A stretch of 64,000 nucleotides of DNA from assembly GCF_037042905.1 (NCBI RefSeq), contig NC_087245.1, positions 40,550,001 to 40,614,000 on the forward strand, in the 5' to 3' direction. A model generated the notes under the pieces. That model saw nothing but the letters and a program-made list of their open reading frames with translations, was not told the origin of the DNA and did not search any database. A program made the position numbers and the translations under genes. Origin of the DNA: Lytechinus pictus. Lineage: Eukaryota. Below, in pieces: positions 1 to 12,603 of this stretch (positions within the stretch are counted from its first letter, which is position 1; each line of letters starts with the position of its first letter).

Positions 1-2175
1 ATTTCGGGATGGCTGGTAATATGATACTAAATCGAGTTAATAGGACGGGGCAATTTTATAAAAACAGTTGTGTGCAAAAACTAGAAGCTTGAATACAATC
101 CCCCTATCTATATTCGGACTGCATTGCTACTACAAATAAATCTACCCCAGTTCCATCAATCTATTTATGCACAGTGCACTCCACCAGAGCTCCCCTGGGT
201 TATGACCTAGCTAAATCTAACTTAATACTAACCCAGGAAGCTCCAGCCCGCAAAGCACGCCAAAGCCCAGGAATCCACCATACATTTAGACTCACAGGAT
301 TGAGGTAGATGGGTTTTAATAACTTCATAAATAAAATGTGGAAACATAAATTATACACTTATGGATAAAGATCTATCGTAGGACAGCATCCTGACATCCA
401 GGCACAGATTCAAACCCCCCCAAAAATAAGTTATGTTGCAGTACCTCTCCTTCTTTCAAAATTAAAACAAAATGGCCAATCCACCACAACAGAACTTTTC
501 AGTTTTTTTTTTAGGTTCCAGTCTGTGACTCATGTCAGGATGCTGTCCCACAATGACCTTCATCTATATTATAATCATGGTAAGTGATTAATTCATGTTT
601 CCACATTTTATTTATGAAGTTATTGAAACTTCAATTTACCCCTGACCCATGTCCGAGTCTACATGCACAGCAGACTCCTGGCCAAGACTCCTAACTTAGC
701 TCCAGCCCACTTCGCAGGTTGGAGCTCCCTCGGTTAACTTAACACTCGAGTAGACTAGACTCTACTTCACAATTTCAACAAAGAATTTGTTAGTTTATGA
801 TCTTGCCAGCTAGTATTAAATCTACTATTATTTGAAAGAAAGACTTAAATACGTCCCCTCCACTAAAAAAAACATAAGATTGTTGAGACTTCCAGTTCAT
901 TCACATCCTGTTTCTCTACGACTCTAGACCCTAGATTAAATATGACAGTTTTTTTTCTTACCTTAGGCTTAGCTAAGATTCAAACTCGAGTCGTTGTAAC
1001 TGCAATCCAGATTTTTTCCACTAGGGAAAGTCTACACCATCAAGAAACACTAATATAGATCTATCTAGCCCTAAATTAGAGCTAGATATATTATTTTCAA
1101 CCTCTATTTTTATTTTCAATTTTAGTGGAGAGGACTTATGGAAGTCTTGCCTATTTGAATTGATCTGTAGACCTCTATAAAATGTGAATATTTTGTAAAT
1201 GAATTTTAGCCTCATCAGCATTGTAGCGGTCGCGCCCCTAGATTGACCACTAGGTGTGATACAAAAAACAATAGAATAGAAAACAAGGCACCTACCAGTG
1301 TTTTCCTGGAGAGATTCCTCAGATCCGGTGTTTTCCATTCAAGAGCAGCTTCAAGTACAATCGTCTAACGTCCTCCGGTGTCTAAAGTGGCCTGGCGCCC
1401 TCTCTCGGTAGCCCCGTCAATACAGACCTGTATGGGGGTGGGGGTGACTTCCTACAACAGCATTAATAAACCCCATCATACAAGTTAGATAACAATAACA
1501 CAAAATAGACCCCTACCTTTGCATTTTCCCCGCACACTCGAAAGACCTTCACACCATCCTGCGACCCAACAGTGCACAATCTGCCATAAAATATGACCGC
1601 TCTGCAACTTTGAGCACCTTCATCATGGCCTCTCCATTAACGTCGACGTAAATGTCCAGACACCCAACGCCTTCCTCAAAGACACCTCCTCTGCAAAATT
1701 CGACATCTCTTTTACTTCTCAACTCAAATTTCTCTACGAGATATAATTTCATGAAACCCATTTTTCGACAAACCAAATAAACAACAAATGTAGCCAAAAA
1801 CAAAACAAAATAAATCACGTAAGACCTAGATTAGATTCACAGCTTCACAACATGTGCCTTCGTTTAATCAAGCTAGCATGCAGCTAACCCATGGAGCTCT
1901 GGCCCTGGGTTAGCATGCAGCTAGCTTGCGGCATAGGTACCCATAACAAAAAATCATCTAACATACACTATGCACTCAAAAATCAACCCCAAAACACTGT
2001 ACATTATTCACCATGTTCACCTCAAAAACAATTAGACCTACTATCCACAAACGTGTTACAAAGATCAAACTCAAGCATTGATGGCCGATTTTGATGAAAT
2101 TTTCAGCGTTTTGCTCACTGAATTTTACTCTATTTATTTAGCTATGAATTTTTCCAGCCCGAAGTACCCCTTTAA
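1..2175. mobile_element. Kolobok-type (TTAA-target) non-autonomous DNA transposon; right terminus at 2171, left terminus probably just before the window start
   Basis: Ends in ...CCAGCCCGAAGTACCCCT followed by TTAA (2172-2175), with a subterminal GATTTTGATGAAATTTTCAGCGTT block like the other TTAA MITEs here. Bases 1-90 loosely match the reverse complement of this end (ATTTCGGG..CTGG vs ACTTCGGGCTGG). No transposase ORF. Confidence 0.5.
228..740. repeat. Degenerate long inverted repeat (foldback), arms ~228-410 and ~520-740
   Basis: AATAACTTCATAAATAAAATGTGGAAACAT (318-347) is the exact reverse complement of 595-624. GGACAGCATCCTGACAT (381-397) pairs with 532-548. Looser pairing extends outward. 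Confidence 0.85.
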
Positions 2176-2449
2176 GCCTATAAAGAAATAGTATAGCTCA
2201 ATCGGGAATTTGGCCTGCTTGCCATAAGTTTTGAGATCCTCTGATCTGGATTGTGATGTCTTGCGTACATAGGTTGAGTACCAAATAACATACTCACTGT
2301 CTTGCTACAAATCAGTTTCAGTCTATTTTTACTCATTCATTTTGCAACATTTTTCAACCACTAATAGATATTTGTCAGAGAAATATGATATAGAATCGTC
2401 AGCGTATAACTGGAAAATGATGGAATGAATATTTATGAAGTGAGCATGA

Positions 2450-3260
2450 GCTTGACTCCTTTTTTTGTTCTGATTCTCATTTCCATCGTATTCCTCACCT
2501 TCATCTCCTTTCTCTGCTGCACCTCGATATGTGGATCCTCCGTCTCTTGTTCCTTTTCGAGGATGTCTTCCACTGTTCAGGTAACCTTATCCTCTTGGGT
2601 AGATTCTGACGTAATGCCACTAGCCTTCAGCTCCTCTCGGTTTCTCCTGGTCACTTGCAACTTTATCAAGTTAAACTGTCTCTCACATACGTTCTGCTGA
2701 CATTTAGACCATGTTTTACTGCTCTTCGGCTCTTTTTTTTTTCTTTTTTTTTTCCGGTTTTTATTGGTTTTCATAAAATAAAAGTTACAAACAATATAGA
2801 CTGACAATAAGTTCAAGACAATTTAAACACATTGACATTAACAAGCTGAATTATCTCAAATTAACTTAATAATCAGCCACAAACATCCATCCTCACACCA
2901 TACCACTCACACATACACACACACACACACGCACGTCTTCCCAATGTTGCAAAAAAAGCTTGCATAAAGTTTAACTTTCTTCATACTTTCCTACGTTTAA
3001 AAAGAGGACCCTCATTACTGCATAACATGTACAAAATAAGTAAAATAATTGAACCAAGATAAATTTCCTTAAAACTGTATGCTACATTTCTTGAAATGAG
3101 CACTCAACTTATTCTTTTTTTGAGCTATCTTATATTCTACATTTTGTTTTGATTTAACCATTGAGATAATGCTCTTCGGCTCTTGTTCTTTCTCCACAAT
3201 GTTTTCGTTTTTTTAATGTTATTTCCATCCACACGGGAGTGATGTTTGGTGATATCCCAC
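2450..3260 (-). pseudogene. Degenerate transposon-associated Myb/SANT-like gene relic, interrupted by an L1 insertion
   Basis: Minus strand gives ...VCERQFNLIKLQVTRRNREELKASGITSESTQEDKV*TVEDILEKEQE..., resembling the R-F-N-L...EE.ASG...E.LEEI.E motif of Harbinger-associated Myb-like proteins. It carries stops and frameshifts, and the 5' limit is uncertain. Confidence 0.5.
2720..3184 (-). mobile_element. 5'-truncated L1/Tx1-like LINE 3' end with poly(A) tail and 15-bp TSD
   Basis: Identical TGCTCTTCGGCTCTT at 2720-2734 and 3170-3184. A T-tract next to the left copy is the minus-strand poly(A). The minus-strand start translates IISMVKSKQNVEYKIAQKKNKLSAHFKKCSIQF*, typical of L1/Tx1 ORF2 C-termini. 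Confidence 0.85.
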
Positions 3261-3978
3261 ATGCCTCGACCTCCTCTCTACTTAGTTTTGATAAAGTTGA
3301 ATTGTTACCTGACCGAACGCTTGCTCACATTTAGTCCATGTTTTGTTAGATTGTCTTCAATTTGCTCGATACTTTAGCATTTCTCTTGCTCGCAATGGAT
3401 GTTTGTCCAGAAAAAATTACATGTACACCTTATATGCTGATGACCACATCCCTATTTGGGGAGTAAAGGGGGTGTTTTTCTGGGGTCGAAGGAGCAACGA
3501 AGTGCTCGACGACGCAAGCGTGATGGTGGGCGTGTTGTCCCTGCGACCTAAATCGCACTGAAGTAACTGTCTCAGGTCAACTGACTTTGCGCCCTTCCGT
3601 ATTTCTTTTTAATGGAGAGGACAGCTCCAACCGCAACTCATCTTCAATGCAACTCATCGTTTGTGGTTACCATGGTGAGGGAGACAGGGTTGGCTCACCC
3701 TGGTGGTGGTTATCAATTTTGATTTTGTATCACTTCATATTTCAATATTCATAAAGGATCAGATGACATTTAAAAAAAAAAAGATAAAATTAGTTTACAA
3801 ACACAATTAATAAAGGAAGTAAAAGTAGCCCAGGTCCTGGCTTATTACTGCCGAGGCAGGACATACCGTAAAAAACATAATACAAGATAGAATAGAGAAC
3901 AGAATAATATATCATACTCATAGCAAAAATAAATAATCATGTAAACAGATAAACATATGAACAAGCGAATTACTCTTA

Positions 3979-5173
3979 CACCCTTTTTACACAGGATTTT
4001 CTTAGCCCCGGACTATCGCTAACCCCCTACTATCCTTAACCCCGTACTATTTTTTTTCCTTTTCACACATGCCAAATTGTTATTGCTAACCCCGGATAAG
4101 GAATGCTTGCTTTTCACACACGAAACCCGCTAACCCCGGACTAGTGGTAGCTCATGAATATTCACGAGCATCCTTGTAATCTTTTTTCAGTTTTTTCAAT
4201 TTATCCCGCAACCGCTTGGGTGTCCGGCTGAATCCTGCCTCGCTCATCCTCTCGCTTATGTCGCGAAAGACTTTTTTATTCCTCACCGTGCCGTCCAGTT
4301 GCTTTTGGACCTCCTCATCGGCCCAGAAATTGAAGAAGCATCTCACCTCAGCATCCTCCCAATTCTTGGTTCTCTTATTTACAGCCATACTTCGAAAAAA
4401 CAACAGATCGATCCAGTGGGGGCAGTGAAATTGAAAAGATATAAAATACAATAGACGCGAGGTTCGGTGACTCCAACATGTGTGATGTGCTGTGCATGTG
4501 ATATCATGATAGCGCTTGTTCAAGATAGACACATGTGTTGGAGTTTAACATGCATGGTCAGGATCAAGGCTCCCAAAATAATAAAAACGAAAGAGCATTC
4601 ATATTTCATCTTAACATCACGTTCATATATCAATTGTAATGGAAAGAGTTCCATATGTACCCCCGCTAGAATTTAAAATAAAAGTTTCAATTTCAGTTGT
4701 ATTAAAACCGTACACGCTATTTTGAAAACTAAATACATGTTGCCTCAAAATAGACTAGTTTAATAACACGATGGATGTCGATGAGGAAAGTATTAGGACA
4801 CGAATTCCAACTCGCTGACTTATGGCACGCGCTTTTTCTCATCGCCGCGTTATTCATTATGCTTACCTCTGATTGGACAACAGGGCCGGCTCTGTTGCGG
4901 GGCATGAATGGGAGCGCTTAGCCCACTTTCGTTTTACACTAGCGATCTTAACCCCGTACTCTCGCTCTTAGCACCGCAATTGCTGGGTTAACCCTGCTTT
5001 TTTGCAGGGGCAAATAATCCCGTACTAAAGGTGGGGTTAGCCCACTTTGCAAAAATGCTGTGTAAAAAGAAAGTGGGCTAAGCTTAACCCCGTACTATAG
5101 GTGGGGCTAAATGGCAAGTTAGCCCCACCTAGAGTACGGGGTTAAGGAAATTTTAGCGTGTGTAAAAAGGGTA
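3979..5173 (-). mobile_element. Non-autonomous PIF/Harbinger DNA transposon (~1.2 kb)
   Basis: TIR ACCCTTTTTACAC (3980-3992) / GTGTAAAAAGGGT (5160-5172). 3-bp TTA TSD at 3976-3978 and 5174-5176. Multiple subterminal TAACCCCGTACTA-like repeats at both ends. Carries a Myb/SANT ORF but no transposase. Confidence 0.88.
4152..4388 (-). CDS. Myb/SANT-like DNA-binding domain (Harbinger accessory protein), 78 aa, C-terminally truncated
   Basis: From the ATG at 4388: MAVNKRTKNWEDAEVRCFFNFWADEEVQKQLDGTVRNKKVFRDISERMSEAGFSRTPKRLRDKLKKLKKDYK. This is the W...W...RN..VF..I...M...GF.RT....K.K.LK..Y pattern of Myb_DNA-bind_4/MSANTD domains. Open frame inside the TIRs. Confidence 0.8.
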   Translation of the reverse strand: MAVNKRTKNWEDAEVRCFFNFWADEEVQKQLDGTVRNKKVFRDISERMSEAGFSRTPKRLRDKLKKLKKDYKDAREYS

Positions 5174-5282
5174 TTATTGATAGACAATAGTTATTAATTT
5201 TATTGGTATTATACATGCCTTCGGTCTTAATCATCATCGTCATTAATATTGTTTATTTGTATAACTGCTTTTATTGTTAATA

Positions 5283-6790
5283 TTGTTTTATTTTTATTTT
5301 TTTTTTTTGTTGTTGCAGCCTGGCCTAACTTAAAATATATATCATACTAACCACTAAAGCTAACCTTAATAATGGATCATGGAGCACTTCAATGGCCTGG
5401 TTGAAGCTTGGAAGCGATGGGAATTAAGATGCCGTTGCGTTGCAGAGCGCTCTGAATCCTAGCTGTAGTGTAGCTGCCGGGGTATGGTGCTTCTGCAGGC
5501 CACTATACGCTTTCAGCGATGGATCCATTACTAGCAGGCTCAAAACAACTCTTACTATAAAACTGTGTCTCCTATTATACCCTGTGCCTTACTAGGAGTT
5601 ACTGCTATGTCAGTGCCAAGCATCAGTGAGCAAGGCATGATATTATAATAGACCCCTATAAATTGCCCAACGCAGCAGCTTAATGCTATCATAATGGAAA
5701 GGGATGCATTGTCATTAACATACTTGTATCCAAGAGAGGGGAATGTCTATAGTCATAGTAGAGGCTGTGTTCTCACAGTACTAGATTAAAGGAAGTGTTC
5801 ACATGATACATAAAATTAGTGCCTGTCTCTACATTATTGTCACTATTATAGCTATTATGAATATTATCATCATTATCACAAGTATTATTACTATTAATAA
5901 CAACACCATAATACTATTATTATTGTCATCAACATTCAACGTGATACTCATTATTTATTTCTTAACGTAATCAGTATTACCACTATAATTGTAGAGAAGT
6001 TGCCAATCTTTCATCATGGTCCAAATTTCTATTAACTCAATTGCTGTTATATGAAAACAGATATTAATTCCCTTTTTTGCAATCCTGCCAGAATGGTATA
6101 TCCTTTGCACAGAATAGTGCAAAGGATGAGACAAACCCACGCAGTTTTGTATTACGCTCATGCAGGTAGCCTAACATTTTTTTCAATCTATGGATGTTGT
6201 CCGATGAAATAAATCCACATGAACCTAATTCTATTGCCAAAAACTCTACATCATAACCGTTACTCCGGATGTCAGTGACAAGGAGCAAATATTTATCCGA
6301 TTTATATTGGTGTGCTTATCTATCCCAAGTTCAAATGGAATTGTCAATTCCATGATCATAATTTTTTTTCGAACTTTCATCGTACAGACATAAGTCAGGT
6401 TTTGGGTTTGTTTGGGTACAACAAAGTGGAATTGTTGAGACGGGGGAATAGCCGGTTAAGAACGGAATGTCGTGGAGGATTTTTGTATCAGGCGAGACAT
6501 TTTCTGTGATTGCTTCTACAAAACATGTAAGAACGTTATTATGGTGCCAAGTATAGCGGCCTTGGGACAGAAATACAGAACAATTATTCAGGACGTGGTT
6601 GAGTGTCTCGACACAGCTACAATGTTTACATTTATTAGTAGTGGATTTACCCCATCTCAACAGATTCGCTCTTGTGTTTACCGTGTCACTTACTGCATTA
6701 ATAAGAAATTTCAGAACTTTTACTGGCAAGTTGTACATTATACTCTTCCAAACCATGCAGTTGTCCTTGACTGACAAAAAATTATCGGGT
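5283..6790 (-). mobile_element. 5'-truncated non-LTR retrotransposon with restriction-like endonuclease (R2 group, HERO-like), frameshifted
   Basis: ORFs 6331-6810 and 6064-6288 plus the bridging frame give CKHC..ETLNHVLNNC (CCHC), GRYTWHHNNVL, KPD, IMELTIPFE, K.DKY and AIELGSCGFI, the RLE signature, with two frameshifts. The 3' limit is inferred from a T-rich tract at ~5283-5308. Confidence 0.8.
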
Positions 6791-6869
6791 GGTGTTATAT
6801 TTAACACCACCGAAAGTGGCCAAGGGAGCGACTCACCCAGTCACTGCTTCTGGATATGATTGCCCTTCA

Positions 6870-7560
<691 letters not shown>

Positions 7561-8264
7561 TGAAATGCAAACATCCATGCCTCGTGAATCGGTATAACTT
7601 TCAATTCAATTTTATTCAACCATAAAAATATGTATATACAAATCATACAGTGTACATAATTATGTAATAAATGGTACAAAATATGGCTAGGACCATAAAA
7701 AAGCAAACTGCTTGTAGAGAATGGCCCCCAAAACAATAACATTGACAAAATTTACAATTAGAAACATAAAACTAACAAAACACAAACTTTATCAGCAGAT
7801 ATAAATGCAAATATATAAACATACACACACACACACACCCACCCTCACGTACACACACACACACACAAACTTAAACATTTGTTGATCATCATATAGGTCA
7901 AGGGGATGGAGCCTGTCACGGAAAACTCATTCTCTTCTCAATGCTGCATTTTGCAAAGCATGTAATACAGCAGCCATCTTGAAATGTGTGTGCTCATAAA
8001 ATCTGTGGTTAACCAAACACCAAGTTGACCACTTAGGTAGAATTAACCAGAGTTTCTATGGAAATGAACCGGAAATAACCGGAATGAAAAATTGTTATTT
8101 TTTATGCAACAGGAAACTCGGGTTAATTACTTGTTACCGGAGTTTTCACTCGAACCGGAGATTTTTACCTGAATTTTTTTTGTATGCACAAGGAGATTGT
8201 ATGCTTCGTTCCACGTGGCTCTCTGTAGTGCAAGGTTTGCCTTGTCAGTTATGAGAGCAACTGT

Positions 8265-8580
8265 CTAACAAGCTGACCGATTGCGAAGTGCGGGGTGCAA
8301 AGTATCATAATAAGGACACTGCTGCCTTGCTGCCCCACTAGTAGCATCATCAGCCCTTGTGTCTTTGTCGTCATTTTTCAATTTCTTCAACTTGCCCCGC
8401 AGCTGGTTCGGTGTGCGATGGTACCCAACCCCAGCCATTTTCTTCTCCATGTCATCAAAAACGTTCTCGTTGCGGACTGTGCCGTCTATTTGTTGTAAGA
8501 CCTCGGCTTCGGCCCCACACACTCAAAAAGAATCGGATCTCACCATCCTCCCAGTTTGATCCTTTTGTCAGCAAAGCCAT
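8265..8580 (-). pseudogene. Second Harbinger Myb/SANT-like gene, frameshifted
   Basis: The ATG at 8580 gives MALLTKGSNWEDGEIRFFLSVWG, then a frameshift to AEAEVLQQIDGTVRNENVFDDMEKKMAGVGYHRTPNQLRGKLKKLK...SGAARQQCPYYDTL. Clearly homologous to the 4152-4388 ORF. Confidence 0.8.
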
Positions 8581-8869
8581 TTCAACAAACAAAATTATAT
8601 GAATGGAAAACCCAAGAAAATACAACAGGATTTGACTGTGTTGACAAATTGTAATGTTTACATATTCGTGGATGTCTCATTGGATTTTTACAAAGATGAT
8701 TTGTAAAGTATTTTCCCTGATACCATTGATTAACTAAAATATGGTTGATGATAAATAATACATTTGTGAATTATAATTTTCATATGTTTTCATTGTTTAT
8801 CAAGTCATTTTTTTTTATGTATTAAAAAAATCACCTTTGCCTCGTAAAATAATATAATGAATAAACTCG

Positions 8870-9000
8870 TTTTCTATGATTGGTTAATGCTTAGCCCGGT
8901 TTGGATTCAGACGTTAGCACTGCGATTAGCTGGCCAACCCTGCTTTTTAGCAGGGCCAGTATGGTTTCAAGGAAAATTTGTGTTGTCTGAAAATAGCATA
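8870..9000. mobile_element. Degenerate Harbinger end belonging to the 8265-8580 relic
   Basis: TTAGCACTGCGATTAGCTGGCCAACCCTGCTTTTTAGCAGGGC (~8915-8957) matches TTAGCACCGCAATTGCTGGGTTAACCCTGCTTTTTTGCAGGGG (~4968-5010) in the right end of the first Harbinger. Confidence 0.6.
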
Positions 9001-9941
9001 TGAGCTGCTATATTGAACAGATGGGGATCTAGAGCAGAAACAAACTCACATTGCCTGGTTCAATGGCCAAGGGGTCTCCCCCCCCCCCCTCCACTCCAAA
9101 ATGTTGTATTCTAACAGAAGTATCAGTAGAATGGCTGATCCCGACCTGGGATGTCCCCAGTTGTATGACATCCCAGCTAGGGTAAAAATGAAAGTAAATG
9201 TCCCCCAGAAAAGCTATATTTTGCTTTGTTTATATCTTCCTGTTTGTATGTGGAAATTATGTGCACTCAATCAGAGTTTGGTTAAATTTTTTCTTGAAAT
9301 TAATATGAGCAGAAAAAGATAGTTTTCCAGTCTGATTTTAAATTTGTATTGTCTGAATGCTCTCCAGTCTGTCACAAAAAATGTCAAATTTTGGCTGTTC
9401 ATTAAATCTTTTTTCTAGTGACAATTTTGCAAATGGAATAAATTCATTTTGTGAGACTGGTGTACCGTGGTTTCTTTATATGTGAGTAGTTTCTCTTTTA
9501 CAAATATAAAGTGTGTCACAAATGTTTTGAATTGCCATTAGCAAGCAACATTTCCATCCTAAAATAAAGCTTTTTTTTTTTCCTTGAAAGATGTAGGAGT
9601 CAGGCTATACATCTGTCCATATTTCATACTCATATCATGGACCTACTAGGTCCATGCTCATATCCAATATTTGAGAATGTTTATATCAATTTGTATGATT
9701 TTAGGATATCTTTCTGATTTTGATGATGCTGCTAGACTGCTACATTTGCAGTTTTTGAATAAAAACACTGAATTTGTTTTTATTTCAACCGGTTTTCCCC
9801 CATCTCAATCAAAGAATTAATGTCAATGACACTGGCCGCATTTGATAACATTAGCACTTCAAATTTCATACCCATTTAATAATATTGGTTGAACGGTTGC
9901 GTCAAAAAGGTGAAGCAACGTTGTGATCCTGGGAGTATAAT

Positions 9942-10063
9942 CAAGGGCGTCAGAGCAGAAGATTATCCTTTGTTCGGGGGGGGGGGGGCATCTAATGTTG
10001 CGTCCTCCCCCCCCCCAAAAAAAAAAGAAAAGAATACAATAATCTTCTGCTCTGACGCCCTTG
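9942..10063. mobile_element. 122-bp hAT-like MITE
   Basis: Perfect TIR CAAGGGCGTCAGAGCAGAAGATTA / TAATCTTCTGCTCTGACGCCCTTG. Flanks AGTATAAT / ATTATGAT are an 8-bp TSD with 2 mismatches. Internal G-run and C-run. Confidence 0.8.
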
Positions 10064-11134
10064 ATTATGATTTTACCAAAGATTTATTGTATACATATAG
10101 TTTTAAAAAATGACCTTTTCGATTTGTGTGTATCTTTACAGGCATTCCAAAATATGTGTATAGGCCTAAACATGATTGTAATGAGATGGGACAGAGGCTT
10201 CCAGAAATGGATACTGTTAAAATATGATGCTTTAAAAAAATCATTTCATTCAGAGATGAAGTAAAACATCTTTTTTCTACGATATCATATTAAAAGAATT
10301 AATGTTATAGTACAGAAACCAAACCCCATTGTTTGAAAAAAAGACAGCATTAACTATCATGACTAAAAACTGAGCAAATACTGTAAGTATCAGATGCAAC
10401 ACATTCCATACTACTCTAAAGAGGTGTAAATGTTATTTTCTTTCCATATAATATGATATTTGTTTAATAAATCCATTCATATGTATACTCTTATAATTGA
10501 ATTACAGTTTTGATTTAACACTGGAAGACTGAAGTGCATTTTGCTATGAACCAACCAGTACTTTAAGAAATCATAAATATGAATCAATGTTAGACATAAT
10601 ATATATTGAATTTCCCTGATTCAGCTTACAGTGAATATATAATAATTTGATATTGGGGGTCCACTTGATATTTTAAGTGTAGAATGGACTCTGTGTAGGC
10701 CTATTCTTTTTTTTAGTGGAAGGGATGTCAGAAAAATCTGTTTATTTTCTGTATTTTGAGACTTCCTAACCTTATCCTGGTATGTTTATGCAGAAATACA
10801 AAAATTTACTGTTTAAAAATTGTGTACAATGAAGCATTTTGTAGTTTTTATAAAATCTGACTACATGATTATGTACGATGTTAAATAAAAAAAACTGATT
10901 TTTATAGCAAAAAGTTATGTTTATTATGAATTCTTGGTCAATGTATACAATGTTGTGTTCAAATTCTTTCAATGATGCAGTGTGGTTGATGTATTCGAGA
11001 ATGTAGGAGGAATTTGTGAGGGTGTGTGTGTGTGAGTATGTGTGTATATGTATGAATATGAGTTTTGCAGTGATGTAATGATCCAATCATTTTGAGGGGT
11101 GCAGAACAAAATAATTCATGGCAAACAAAAACGG

Positions 11135-11445
11135 AGCAAAAGGAGAGAGGAAATAAAGGAAGGGAAAGGAGAAAGAGAATGAAACGAAGAAATGAAGGAA
11201 GGGAAAAGGAGAAAGAATGAAACGGAAGACAAGAAGTAAAGGAAAGGAGAAAGAGAAGAAATAAAGGAAGGGAAAAGGAGAAAGAGAATGAAACGAAAGA
11301 GAAGAAATAAAGGAAGGGAAAAGGAGAAAGAGAAGGAAACGGAAGAGAAGAAATAAAGGAAGGGAAAAGGAGAAAGCGAAGGAAACGGGAGAGGGGAAAA
11401 GGAGAAAGAGAAGAAATAAAGGAAGGGAAAAGGAGAAAGAGAGAG
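11135..11445 (+). repeat. Purine-rich minisatellite (~27-40-bp units, GAAGAAATAAAGGAAGGGAAAAGGAGAAAGA)
   Basis: Directly visible tandem units; explains the S/F/L/P-rich ORF 10959-11576. Confidence 0.9.
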
Positions 11446-11449
11446 ATCA

Positions 11450-11800
11450 GTGGAATATTCTTATTCGAATCTCTTTGTTTTTTCACATAATTCAGGATGA
11501 CCTTAAAATCTGCATTTCTTCCCAATAATGTTGCTAGGTCTGGTATTGGCTTGTTTAATTTCAGGCTTCTTTGCATAGTTCTTCTTTCTCTTTCATATTT
11601 CTTACATTGTAGTAGAAAATGTTCTATTGTCTCAGGTACCTGACAATGGGAGCATAGACCATTTTCATGTTGATTACATTTATACTGATAATAATTCTAT
11701 TTACATTTTCCAAGTCTTAGCCGGTGAATCATAGTCTCTTCAAACCGAATGAGACCTTGATAACTAATTGTTTCTGCCACGTTGGGTTGGATGCTCATGA
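11450..11800 (-). mobile_element. 3' fragment of an I/Nimb-group LINE ORF2 (post-RNase H zinc knuckle)
   Basis: Minus strand: SIQPNV...EETMIHRLRLGKCK*NYYQYKCNQHENGLCSHCQVPETIEHFLLQCKKYE. This is the RLR.G...C..C...ETIEHFLL.C..Y CCHC motif, with a stop and a frameshift. Confidence 0.75.
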
Positions 11801-12004
11801 CTGAGTGCGCCCTCTATATGAATAAACATTATAGTTTTCAATTGTAAGAATGAATCATAGAGATATACTTTTATTACTAGATTGTCTCTATGGAATGAAT
11901 ATACTGATTTGGATCTGCTTCTTCAAACTAGTTTATTTTAACTTTTTGTTGGCGTTGAGGTGGAGGATTAAATTTTCGATTAAAACTACCCTTTTATTGT
12001 AGGC

Positions 12005-12603
12005 TTAAAGTAAAAAATCACACAAGCTTAACACTTCAATTTAATTCCATCAAAATTAGATGTAAAATATATTTTGAATTTTTTTTACTTAATTTCACAA
12101 ACAGTTATATCCTGGTCAGTATGCATATTCGGGTACCGACGATGACGTCACTAATTCTCTATTTCTTTTGTATCTTTTTATTATATGAAATATGAAATAT
12201 TTTAATTTCCTCCTTATCATAATGTGAAACAAATTCTTTTCTCATTGAACATGTGAAATTTACATTTTTGTGATCTTCTGAGATTTGATCAAGAAGCTAT
12301 TTATCATTATCTTTGTCAATCAATGCAAAAATTGAAATAACAAGAAAACAAAATTAGAAAAAAGTGACTGTTTGACATCATCAGCTTTCTCATTTCCATG
12401 TCATTGTGATATGCCGTTTACCACTTTGTGAAAAATAAGCAAAATTTTAAAACGTCATTACTGTGCTGTTTTACATCAATTTAGAGGTGAAATTTTCATC
12501 TTAAAGGGCTATACTTGTTTTATTTTCCCTTTATTTTGCTTTTGTTTTTTAACTGAAATAAACTTTTGTTTCGGGGGGGGGGGGGGATTCAATCTCACCT
12601 TAA
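12005..12603. mobile_element. Degenerate ~600-bp Kolobok-type foldback MITE
   Basis: Inverted arms: CATCAAAATTAGATGTAAAA vs TTTTACATCAATTTAGAGGTG, and TTTCACAAA vs TTTGTGAAA. TGACGTCA/TGACATCA cores. Resembles an abundant echinoid MITE as I recall it; termini eroded. Confidence 0.6.

Noticed and set aside
10959..11576. 205-aa hydrophobic ORF
   Set aside because: LINE tail read through a purine minisatellite.
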